Positions 36,133-47,900 of a DNA stretch of 64,000 nt are shown here, piece after piece. How positions within the stretch are numbered: position 1 is the first letter of the stretch; every line of letters starts with the position of its first letter. This stretch comes from Azolla caroliniana. Its lineage: Eukaryota; Plantae; Polypodiophyta. A program made the position numbers and the translations under genes. The stretch spans positions 20,274,001 to 20,338,000 of the forward strand of contig JBHGNT010000011.1 in the NCBI GenBank assembly GCA_043228905.1, in the 5' to 3' direction. The notes under the pieces are model-generated. The model saw nothing but the letters and a program-made list of their open reading frames with translations. It was not told the DNA's origin and did no database searches.

Positions 36133-36206
36133 TATGGATGTAGCTCAGTTGGTAAGGTTGCCCAATGGAAACCAGGAGGTCATGGGTTCAACCCCTACGT
36201 TCCATA
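36133..36206 (+). other. tRNA-derived sequence (SINE head or tRNA pseudogene)
   Basis: A-box TAGCTCAGTTGG 36141-36152, GAGGTCATG, B-box GGTTCAACCCC 36185-36195 and roughly complementary ends; no clean anticodon arm. Confidence 0.65.
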
Positions 36207-36492
36207 GTGGCATCTAGTGAATTACGAGGTATGTATGAAGTATATAATAGAGAGGTGAATAAAATTGGGTTTCAAACACGAGAGAGAGAGAGAGAGAGAG
36301 AAGTCATGAAATCTCAACCATGAAGAGAGAGAACTCCGTAAGGTCACATATCATCATATTCAACATTTGAATTGGTGTGTAGGGATGGGATTAAGTTTGT
36401 AGACATAATATCTAGAAATATTTTGATCCCTAGACGGGTTCTACACTTTGTGTAAGTTATTAGTCATGGTTTCTTTATAACGAAAGCCATTA

Positions 36493-36541
<49 letters not shown>

Positions 36542-37572
36542 ATTGTTTAAATTAGATAGACACCATGTTAAGCTTTAATGGAAGCTCTGTTATTTCGTTC
36601 TCTCTCTCTACAAGACTTGAGATACAAGAATGATCAAGCAACCTGTATTACAACGTTATGTTAGGGCTTATATATTGAAACCCTAACTATTGGACGTGTT
36701 CACACTAGTAAGGATACAAAGTGGAAGGAGTCAGCCTTTATGCCAACAAATCCCCCCGTAAAAGGGCTACTCTTTCTACTTACAATTGTATTGGGTTGTC
36801 TCCCTCATAATGCTAGATTACAGTAAGAGATGAGATTATAATTACAAGTCAATCTGCGTATAGCCAAGTCGGCAGAGGTAGGATCAATGTCTAGCCTAAT
36901 TCCGCTAATCATTCAGATTGAGTTGTCTGAATCTGTTGGATCATCTTACCTTCTACTCTTGGCTCAGATTTCTTCTGCATGGTTTCTTGTCACATTCCAA
37001 TTTTTGTTCTTAGTGCTCCGAAGCGTTGATCTGGGAGTGGTCTCGTCAGGCAATCGGCGATGTTCACCTCGGTGTCGATCTTTCGAACTTCGAGCTTCTT
37101 CTCAGTTACAAGCTCCCCGATATGATGATACCGCACCTCAATATGCTTTGTCTTCGCATTATAGACAAGATTATTGATGAGGTGTATTGCGCTCAATGAG
37201 TCGCAGTAGATGGTCAGCGCTGGATGGTCAATTCGACTTGTTGCTGAGAAGTCGGCTGATACTCAGTGCAGCCAAATTGCTTCCTTTGCTACCTCTAATG
37301 TTGCTATGTACTTGGCCTCTATGGTTGACAGGGTCGTGCACTCTTGCAGCTTCAATCTCCAAGATATGGCGCAACCGCCATAGGTGAAAATATAGCCTGA
37401 TGTTGACTTCTGATTGTCCTAATTTTCAGCGTAGTAGGAGTCGGTGTAGTCTTCGACTTCGGTTAGGTTTGCCGATCCGAAAGTCAATTGTGTATCTTCA
37501 GTTCCTTTTAGGTACCTGAAAATGTGTTTGAAGGCCTCCCAATGCTTTTGTCCTAGATTCGACATGTACCAG

Positions 37573-38250
37573 TGTCGTGAAGATTTTCGGCAACGGTGTG
37601 AAAATTGTGTGCAATGAACGAAATTGAGAAGGTGTAATGTGCACGTGTGAAAGGGGTGAAGGCCACACGCATATCCTAGCATGTTGTAAATAGGACTGAA
37701 ATGAGAATCGTAAAAGGAAAGCTAGATGTAAAGTTAAACATGTGCATGTGCTCAATTGTAAATATAAAAATAAGACTAAAGCCTAGTAACATTTAAGTGC
37801 ATACATAAGGCTGGAAGCAAGGCTCAAACTTTGCACCTCCAAGATAGGAGACAAATTAACTTACCACTAAAGCCACTACTAAGTGCTTTAGAATTTGTAT
37901 ATTTTCTTTTGATATTCAGTATTTTGTAGCATATAGAAACCGTGGGCACAAAACCATGGTTTTAGCCCATGGTTTCGGCTCCTATAGTTGAGCTTGTGTA
38001 AGGGAGGCAAGTGATGTAAGTAAAAAAAAGAAACTTTTAATCAAAGATCGGAGTTATCCTAATGGTGATGTATCTTGTCTTGTAAAACTAATGTCAAGGG
38101 TTCAATCTCTATCTCAACCTCTCTCTCTCTTCATCCATCTATCTATCTTCAATACTTTCTCTCTTACGTTGCTAAAAACATCGAATCCTTTTGGTCTAGG
38201 ACTCCGGTGGTCCCACTTCATTTCGCGAACACACGAGGATTTCCTCGACA
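37573..38250. mobile_element. Solo LTR inserted in Copia C pol
   Basis: TGTCG...CGACA termini and a 4-bp TSD CCAG/CCGG; removal restores LSRYMSN. Confidence 0.8.
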
Positions 38251-39659
38251 CCGGCTAAGGACCCCCACTACATATGCAAGATCAGGTTTAGTCGCCACCA
38301 TCGCGTACATGATACATCCTACTAGCGATGTGTAGGATATCTTTCCATTAAGCTCTTTCTCCTTGTCCGTCGAAGGAGAATCTCTGTCAGATAGTCGGAT
38401 CGATGTCGGAAGCGGTGTTGGTGCTGGCTTGAACTTTTCCATATTGAAGCGTCTCAACACCTTTCGGATGTAGTCAGACTGGGAGAGTCGAAGAGTCTTT
38501 TTCTTCCGATTCCACTCTATCCTCATGCCCACTATATGTTGGACTTGTCCAAGTTCCTTCATCCAAATTTGTAGTGAAGGTTCCGCTTTAACTTTCCGAT
38601 TTTGGCTTGATTGCTTCTTGCAATAAGCGTATTGTCGACATACATCATCAAATGGATCCGGGACTTGTCGGCTAGTTGTCGAGTATATAAATATGGGTTA
38701 GAGTCAGACCAGTTGTAGCCAAGCTGTCAGATGTAGGAGTCAAACTTTTGGTACCAAATCCTCAACACTTGATTTAAGCCATAAAGGCTTTTCTTCAATT
38801 GACATACAAGGTGATTTTCCTCCCCTGTCGCCGTGAAGCCTGCCGGTTGAGACATGTAAATGTTTTCTTCCAGATCTCCGTGTAGGAACATCGTCTTTAC
38901 GTCCATCTGCTCGAACTCTAAGTCTATTATCGCCAAACCCCTAGGAAGAGCCGAAGAGTGGTCATCTCGACTATTGGGGAGAATATCTCGTCGTAGTCGA
39001 CCCCGTGTTCCTATTTGAATCCCTTCGCGACGAGTCGAGCTTTGTACTTGGACTTCTCTGAGTCAGATACATATTTGTATCGGAATACCCATTTGCAAGG
39101 TCGCGGTTTTCTTGTTGCTAGTAGTTTGACCAGCTCCCATGTTTGATTCTGTCGAATTGAGTCCATCTCGGATTGCATGGCCTGTAGCCATGTATCGGCA
39201 TCTGGTGCGACTATAGCTTCTTCATAAGTACTTGGTTCGCATGCATTCGTGTAGTTGATGTAGTCAAGGCCCGGTTGATAAAACTCAATAGGCCTTCTGA
39301 ATCGTCCGGATCTCCTTGGTACCTGTGTTGTTGGTTTGAACTCATCAGTCGGCTCGAACAACTAATCGATATTACTTGAACCCATTAGATGACTCACCCC
39401 TGTAGTAGGAGTTTAGTGATATCATGGCATCCTCCCCTTCTTCAGGATCACTTGACTTGAAGATAGGAGTCTTAGTTGACTCATGTCGGCTTTGCCCCTT
39501 AGCCTTTTTGGGTTTATAACTCAACCGCTTGCTGCGCCGACTCTCGTCTTGTTGTTGCTTGTCCAAACTCCCTCACCGCTTCGACAAAAAGTTGAGCGAA
39601 GTTGTCTTCTTCCAACTTCATTCTCCCTTGCCGCCCTTTCACGTCAGGTTCACCAAATA

Positions 39660-39884
39660 TGACGTGTTGTTACGTGCGTGCGTGTAGAAGGGGCGGGACC
39701 ACAGGGGTTTCAGACTAGGAAGAAAGGGGGTGCCGAGAAAACTAACTCCGGACATGTCCCGTAGGCAACCGAACACGAAAGAGAGAGTGAGGGAGAGAGC
39801 TTGCACGCAACACCGACTCTTATGTACAGGAAACAAAAAGGGGGAGAAATTCCCGACACCACCAGAGACACGAATGTGCACAAC

Positions 39885-39933
<49 letters not shown>

Positions 39934-42900
39934 CAAGAGTGAGTTACATCTCCGGCTCCGAGCCAGATTGAGGTAGGCTAGGTCACAACAACAGCCTGCC
40001 GCCAAGCCGCCGTCGGGGAGCTCACGGGCTTGTCGTGCCGAGCGGGGTCTTGCACAGGAGGCCGAGCAAAAGTAAACCCTCACAGAACATACAAGTTCCT
40101 CGCCGAGCTAAACCCTCAACAGACATGAAGGGGAAGAAGAAGAAGAAGAAGAAGAAGACAAGACAAAACCCTAAACGAAATAGGGTGAAGACCAAAGTAC
40201 AAACCTTAAGGGAACAAGAATAAGAGGAAGAGGAAGAACACTACCTAACCCCTAGACCTAAGTGGTATACCCTCCTAACTCAAAATGAGCAACCCCTTCA
40301 CAAGAGGCGCTCCCTTCTTTTTATAGAACAAGGAGGGAGATGCGTTACAATGTGGGATAAATCCCTTATTACATGGGATCCTCTGTCTCGACTTAACTCC
40401 TATTATCCACATGTTTTACAAGGGTATGCACATGGTGCACACTGCCGATTCTCCTGATATTCTCCGATTCCACCTAGGTACAGTTTTCTCCATGACATCC
40501 GCCCCCACCTAACCGCGCATCCACCGATTTGCGCCAAACTGGACTCTTGCCGGAGAACACTGGCAACACTGGCACGCGCGTACCCTTCGTCCTCCGGATC
40601 GCCATTCGCTTTGAACCGGTCGTCCTCGCTATCCAAGTCACCCGGGTCCGGTTCATCCTCGTGCCGCTTGCCTCTCCGTAGGCTCGTTCGCCGCGACCCC
40701 GTAGCACGCGTGCCCCATTGTTGGCCCTTCGTTCGGCCATATGCACGCTCCGCTCTCCACTATACGCCTGGTATTCTTCGCTTGAGGAACACCCTTCGTG
40801 GCCCGCTTGCCTCAGTCGATCGTCCGTGTGATCCCGGTTGTCGTCCCGTGCGATCGCCCATCCCCTTTGTCCCCTCGCCGCCACCTTCCTTCTCCTTGGT
40901 CTTACATTGCCACATCGGCTCGAACTGCCAAGTCCTCCGGAACTAGTGTGGAGGATCCCTCTATGGCCTTCTACCCGATATCTCCTGATACAGCGACCAT
41001 CCGCCGCAGGCGTACTTTCTTTTCCACACCTCCTTGTCTGGCACCGTCTATATACCGAACATTGTCTTGTACCCGTGCTTTGCTTTGGCCCTCGATGGCC
41101 ACACGCACGTCTTCTATTCCACTTTCGGGTGTGCCGTTTCTGGCTCGACACACCTCTCCTTAACCGGATGTCCCCGGTAGCTCACTGGAAGATCAGCCTT
41201 GCCACGTCTTGGCCCGCATGGCCTCCTTCTTTCACATAACGCCTTGGTTGGTCGGTTCCTCTGCTATTGCCGCCTTTGTCCCCTTGCCGCCACCTTCCAT
41301 TACCCTCGGTCTCACGTTACCACGTCGGCTGAACAACCGGGATCTCCGAGCAGGTGTGAAGGATCCTTCTGGGGCCTCCATTTTGTTAGGTCACCGACTC
41401 GCATACCAAGCGCGTCTGATCTTTGTCTTGCCGACCCTGCCTGTCGGGTCCGTATTCGGATCGTGGCCACCTCGCCGGCCTCATTCCTCCTTTCACCGTG
41501 CTTTCCATCGTCTGATCACGTTCACCTGCCGCCACCATCCCTTCCTATAGGACTCACGCCGGCACTTGGGCCGACCGCCGGATCGGTGTGAGGGTCTTCG
41601 TGGGACCTCCCCTTCCGCCTTCGGTTGCCCGCCTTGCCGCTGCCTCCATTCTTCTCTCTAGGTCTCACACTGAACCTCGTTGCCGGCTGTCGGAGTGTCT
41701 AGAACCGGTGTGTGTAAGGTCGCTGCAGCACCGCTTCCCGTCTTCCCGACCTCCGCATCGGCCTCTTCGGCTAGTCACGTTCTCCTGCCGCCACCGATCT
41801 CTCCTATAGGACTCACGCCGGAACTCGGGCCGACAGCCGGATCAGTGTGAGGATCTCCACAAACCGCCCATCTGCAGTTCTTATCCTTCGTCCCCTCGCC
41901 GCCACCGATCGTCACTCTAGGTCTCACGCCGGCTCTCGGGCCGACCGCCGGAGTCTCTAGAACCGATGTGAAAGATCCTCCTTGGGCCTCCATTTAGTCT
42001 CTGACCCTTATCCTGGGACGTCTTTGTCCGCAAGTCGAGAGGGTGGCTCGCTCCACACCCTCCCCCGTGGTACTGACGTACCGTGCTCCCGGCCTCTTCG
42101 TAGGCCTGCTCTCTCTTCTCTTCCGGATCAGTTATCCGGAAGTCCATTCCACCCGGTTCTCGTCCGGGTCTGTCGGTCTCTGGATTGTCAGGTCCCGTTC
42201 TTCTGTCACCACCGATCTCTCCTATAGGACTCACGTTGGCACTCGGGCTGACAGCCGGATCGCTGGGAGGATCTCCGTAGGACCGGTCTTCGTTCTCCGC
42301 TTCATCCCTTGTACTTCTCCCTAACTCGTCGTCACTCTCCTCGCTTTGCTCCCATCTATTTCGGTCTCATGTTGCCATGTCGACCGAACTGTCGAAGTCT
42401 CCGGACAAGACGTGGGGTGATCGATTTCGTAACATCTTTCAGCGACTCGTCCGGGGCCACCGACCCTTTTAGTGGTGTCGGTGGAAAGCATCCGCTCTGT
42501 GATCAACCAAACCCCTCCTGTGCTTGATTCTCCAATGTTTGGAGTTTCGGTTCTCATGCCGACCTTGCCGGACTCGTTCTAAACCCTTGATCACCTTCCT
42601 TCCAATTCCCGACCTTCGCCCGGTCGGTCTTTCTCCCCATGTAAAAGAGGGCGGCTCGTTCCGCACCCTCTCCCGTATCGGCACCCTCATGCCGATTTTG
42701 GTCCCGGTCGAACAATCCACGACTGGATCGCGCTCCAACCGAATCAGAGTGTTGCGTTGTTCGGTCCTCAGTCAGGTCATTTCTTGGTCTCTTCGTCGAC
42801 CTTCTCACGGGCCACCTCCCATCCTTCTTCGTTGGCATCGTGCCAGGACTCCTCAATACTGTCATCCATCTCCTCGGTCTCACATGGGCGTAAGGGCCCG

Positions 42901-44369
42901 AATGTTGAGTTCTCCGGAACCTGTCCCGAGGGTTCTTGTTCGTTCCTTCCCCGTATCGTCTCGTTGGTGATTCTCGGTCCCTCGCCGCCGCCTTCCTCCT
43001 CTTGGGGCTCACGTGGGCACTCATGCCCGACTGCCATCGTCTCGGGAGAAAGTGTGGGAAGACGCGAAGAATCGCCCGTCGTAATTACGCCCTTGTCCGT
43101 AGCCACCGGCTCCTCGTGGTCGGTGGTCACCCCTTTACCGATCGCGCAAGCCCTGCTTGGGCTTGCTTCTCCAATGTCCGGAGTTCCGGGCTGACGTGCC
43201 CGAAACCGCCGGTCCCGACGCTCCGATTCTGCGATCGGTATCTCGGCCTTGTCCTTGGCCGTTCTTTCTCCGCAAGTCGAGAGGGCGTTATGTTTCGCAC
43301 CCTCGCCCATGGTACCGTCATACCGATCTTCTGTCTCCTTGTGGGGCAAGTTCGTCGCCTCGGCCTCGGTTTGTGGCCTCGAGCTTTCCTCTTCCTCGAG
43401 CGTTGCCTCTAGAGTTGTGTACACCTCCGCAATCCTGGCCCCAAAGCCGAGCCTCGCCAACTCTCTTTGCCATTCGGCCTCTTCTAGCTGTGATGGCACG
43501 CCGTCGCGCGCCTTCCTCTTAGCCTTCTCGGCCCGCTCGTCATCTAACCATTGGCATACCCTTCCGACCTTCAACTAGTCCTCCGTAAGGCCATTCGCTC
43601 TGTCCTCGTCTTCGAGCTCAATTCCGGTTCCCTCCCGTTCCGTTCGGTCGATCAACCTGACGAACAACAGGACTTTGTCCGCCCCCACCAAACTTGTTCC
43701 CGCTCCGAGAGCCGAGTACGCTGCCGCTCAAACTCTCGAAACGCCTTCAATTCACCCTGGTGAGTCTTCACTGATGCAACCCACTGGTCGAAGTCGCGTC
43801 GTCCCCGACTCTTCCGTCGTCCTCCATATGCATGCATGAGTGCCTCTTCACTTCCGCGTGCATACGGACGACGACGACCCGACAAAAGAACTCCAGCCTC
43901 AACGCCTCGTCTACGTCTCGCTCCTCCATTTCCGCGTTGTAGGCTTCCAAGTAGAATGGGACCTTGTCCCCGTTGAAACGGCCGACTCTTTCGACCCCTC
44001 ACTCAACCGCTTGTTGCACCAACTCTCGTCTTGCTGTAGCTCGTCCAAACTCCCTCACCGCTTCGACAAAAAGTTGCGCGAAGTCGTCTTCTTCCAACTC
44101 CATTCTCCCTTGCCGTCCTTTCACGTCGGGTTCACCAAATATGACATGTTGTTACGCGCGTGCGTGTAGAAGGGGCGGAACCACAGGGGTCTCAGACTAG
44201 GAAGAAAGGGGGTGCCGAGAAAACCGACTCCGAACACGTCCCGTAGGCAACCAAACACGAAAGAGAGAGTGTGGGAGAGAGCTTGCGCACAACACCGACT
44301 CTTATGTACAGGAAACAAAAAGGGGGAGAAATTCCCGACACCACCAAAGACGCGGATGTGCACAACCAA

Positions 44370-44401
<32 letters not shown>

Positions 44402-44962
44402 TACAAGAGTGAGTTACATCTCCGGCTCCGAGCCGGACTGAGGTAGGCAAGGCCACAACAACAGCCTGCCGCCAAACCGCCGTCGGGGAGCTCACGGGCT
44501 TGTCGTGCCGAGTGGGGTCTTGCACAGGAGGCCGAGCAAAAGTAAACCCTCACAAAACATACAAGCTCCTCGTCGGGCTAAACCCTCAACAGACACGAAG
44601 GGGAAGAAGAAGAAGACAAGACAAGACAAAACCCTAAACGAAATAGGGTGAAGACCAAAGTACAAACCTTAAGGGAACAAGAATAAGAGGAAGAGGAAGA
44701 ACACTACCTAACCCCTAGACCTAAGTGGTATACCCTCCTAACTCAAAATGGGCAACCCCTTCACAAGAGGCGCTCCCTTCCTTTTATAGAACAAGGAGGG
44801 AGATGCGTTACAATGTGGGATAAATCCCTTATTACATGGGATCCTCTGTCCCGACTTCACTCCTATTATTCACATGTTTTACAAGGGTAAGTGCACATGG
44901 TGCACACCGCCGATTCTCTCGATATTCTCCGATTTTGCCTAGGGACAGTTTTCTCCATGACA
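39660..44962 (-). mobile_element. Non-autonomous LTR element F (LARD-like) with tRNA-Trp PBS
   Basis: LTRs 39660-40497 and 44142-44962, PBS 44120-44137, PPT GGGGGCGGA at 40498-40506. The 3.6-kb GC-rich interior has a gag-like remnant and no recognisable pol motifs. Confidence 0.88.
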
Positions 44963-47900
44963 CCGGGTTCCGAGCCAAATAGATATTGCTCATGTTGTCG
45001 CAGTAAAGGGAAGTCGGATCCTTGATGGGTACGCCTAGATCCTTGAGTATCCTTTTGAGCCATACGGCTTCACATGCGGCCACTATCGCGCCCCTGTATT
45101 CCGCCTCTGTGCTCGAAAGAGCGACGGTTGGTTTTTTTTTGCTACTCCAGGATATTGCTCCGCTGCCGAGGAAGAAAACAAATACGGAGGTTGATCTTCT
45201 ATCGACTTTGTTGGCGGCCCAATCGGCGTCTGTGTACCCCTCGAGTCGTATTGGCATCGCGGTCTTGTAGAGGATGCTACAATCCATTGTGCTGCTCACG
45301 TATCGTAGGACTCGCTTAGCGCAATCCAAGTGAGTATCGCGCTGTGTTTGCATGAATTGACTAAGGAGACCGACCAGAAAACTGAGATCGGGTCGAGTGA
45401 TTGTGAGGTAGATGAGACTCTCGATGAGTTGTCGATACTGAGTTGGCTCAGATGCTTTGGTGCTGGAGTTCGCATCTAGTTTGAGATTGCGATCGAGCGG
45501 GGTTTGTCGCGGATTTGCACTCAGCCATCCTAAACTTGTATAACAAGTTGAGGATGTAGTGTCGTTGAGAGATCATGATTCCGGCCGGAGTCCGAATTAC
45601 CTCGATGCCGAGGAAGTAGTGGAGCTCCTTCATGTCCGTCATCTCGAACTTGTCGGAAAGGAGGGATTTGACCTTATTGAGTTCGACGAGATGCTCACCT
45701 CCAATGACTAGGTCATCCACATATAAGATGATGACAATCGGACAGGCGGAATCACTTCGTATGTAGAGGGAGTTGTCCGATTTTGACATACGAAAGCCGA
45801 TTTGATGTAGATATTGCATTATCTTCAAATGTCAAGCACGCGGTGCTTGCTTAAGGCCGTAGAGTGGCTTCTTGAGTTGGCATATGGCTTTTGGATGAAT
45901 GCTCGATTCGAAGACGGGTGGTTGTACCATGTACACCTCCTCATCTAATTCGCCTTGGAGAAAGGCGTTCTTTACGTCCATTTGGTGGAGGTGCCATCTT
46001 TTTGCCATTGCAAGTGCGATCACGGTCCACACCGTCATCATCTTTGCCACCGGGGCAAAGGTCTCTTCATAGTCGACGCCATGTGTCTCAGCGTATCCTT
46101 CCGCTACGAGTCGAGCTTTGTAGCGGTTTATAGAGCCATCGGCGTTATACTTCACCTTGTAGATCCATCTCCAACCGATTGCCTTCTTGTGCGATGAGTG
46201 GGGAACGAGATCCCATGTCTCGTTCTTGCGTAATGCACGCATCTCCTCGTTCATTGCTTCGATCCATCGCGTACTGTTGCTACCTTCATCATAAAGGCAT
46301 AGTGATATGCCATGTAGTTTTTGTAGCTGAATCAGCTGACCGGATTCTTTTCACGGGTGGAGCGACGGAGCTTTTCATTTGCAAAGATGAGGCCTTTCCT
46401 AGCTCTGATTGGTACATCGAAGCCGCCGAACTCACCGTCGAGTGAGTGAGTCGACTCATCGTCATCGAAGCGATCGTCGCCGTATTCCATCATTTTCAAC
46501 TTGCCTTTGTCCATCTTCGGGCTAGGCCGTGATGTGCTTTGATCGCTCAAAGGCTCTTGTGGTCCGCTCAATTGGGTTGTGATCGGACTTTCTTCGAACA
46601 TGTGTGTAAGGCGATCTTCATCCTCTATCTCTTGTTCAACGGATTCCGGGTCAAGCGGAGTCGGAGTCGAAGTTGTCTCTGGTGCGTACCAGGATGCAGA
46701 CTCATCAAAGACGACGTCTGGACTTACTCCAGATTTTCGAGTTGAGGGGTTGTAGCACTTGTACCCCTTTTTCTCTAGTGAGTATCCTACGAGGATACAT
46801 TTCTCCGACTTCGGGTCAAGCTTTTGACGCTTCTCGTCGGGGATGTGCACGTACGCAATCACGTCGAATATCCAGGTGTGCGATAAGTCCGGCTTCTTTC
46901 CGAAGTATTTTTCGTGTGGAGTGACCTCGTGCACTCTGGATGTTGTGCACCAGTTCATTAGGTAGACGGCCGTATTTGCAGCTTCGGCCCAATATGACTT
47001 GGGCATATGCTTCTCGTTCATCATGGCTCGCGCCACTTCGGGGATGTGCCGATTTTTGCGCTCGGCTACTCCGTTTTATTGTGGAGTATGTCGGCGAGTG
47101 AATTCTCGCCAAATTCCTTCCTTTCGGAGATATGTCGTGAAATCGTCTGAGAAGTACTCCTTGCCGCCATCCGATCAAAGGCATCGTACATGTCGGCTCG
47201 TGGCTTTCTTGACTTCATTCTTGAATTTTTGGAAGTGCCCGAACACTTCGCTCTTTTGCCGCATCGGGTAGATCCAAGTGTGCCTAGAGAAGTCGTCGAT
47301 GAAGAGTACGTAATATCGGCATCTGCCGAATGTAGCCATCTGCGCCGGTCCCCATACGTCAGAATGGACTACGTCGAGTAGACCTTTGCTCACGTTCCGC
47401 TCTTTCGGGAATGGGTGTTGGTGTTGCTTACCGAATATGCACGCTTCGCATACACCTTCAATATCCTTCTCTTTGAATGTCGAGAGTCCGATGACAACTC
47501 CTTTTGATTTCATTGCTTTGAGTTTGTTGAGATTGATGTGGCCGATTCGCTTGTGCCATAGCTCCATGTCAGAGTCGGCTTTCATGCCCTTTGCAAACAT
47601 AGCCGATTTCATCTCGTGTGAGTCGAGAATGAACATTCGGCCCTCTCTTTGTCCGTGTGCGATGAGTCAGCCCTCTTTTTCGATGAAGCAACCACCTTGA
47701 TTAAATCGAACTTGCATCCCTTGCTCTACAATTTGGCCGACGGAAACCAAATTCTTCGTAATGATCGGTACATGCAAGACATTTTTAATGTAATTTTGCT
47801 TACCTTCTTTTCCGAACAGAACATTGCCGATGTGCCGAATCGGGTGCGTAGTGTCGTCTCCGGTTTTGACATAGCCGAGTCGGTCCGGCTCTCGAAGTTC

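Noticed and set aside
36133-36206. Functional tRNA gene
   Set aside because: Anticodon and T stems pair poorly, and no oligo-T terminator follows.
40165-40255. Interstitial telomere
   Set aside because: Only isolated AAACCCT telo-box-like motifs within LTRs, not an array.
40400-44525. Many overlapping plus-strand ORFs as host genes
   Set aside because: Expected from high GC content inside an LTR element; no domain motifs.
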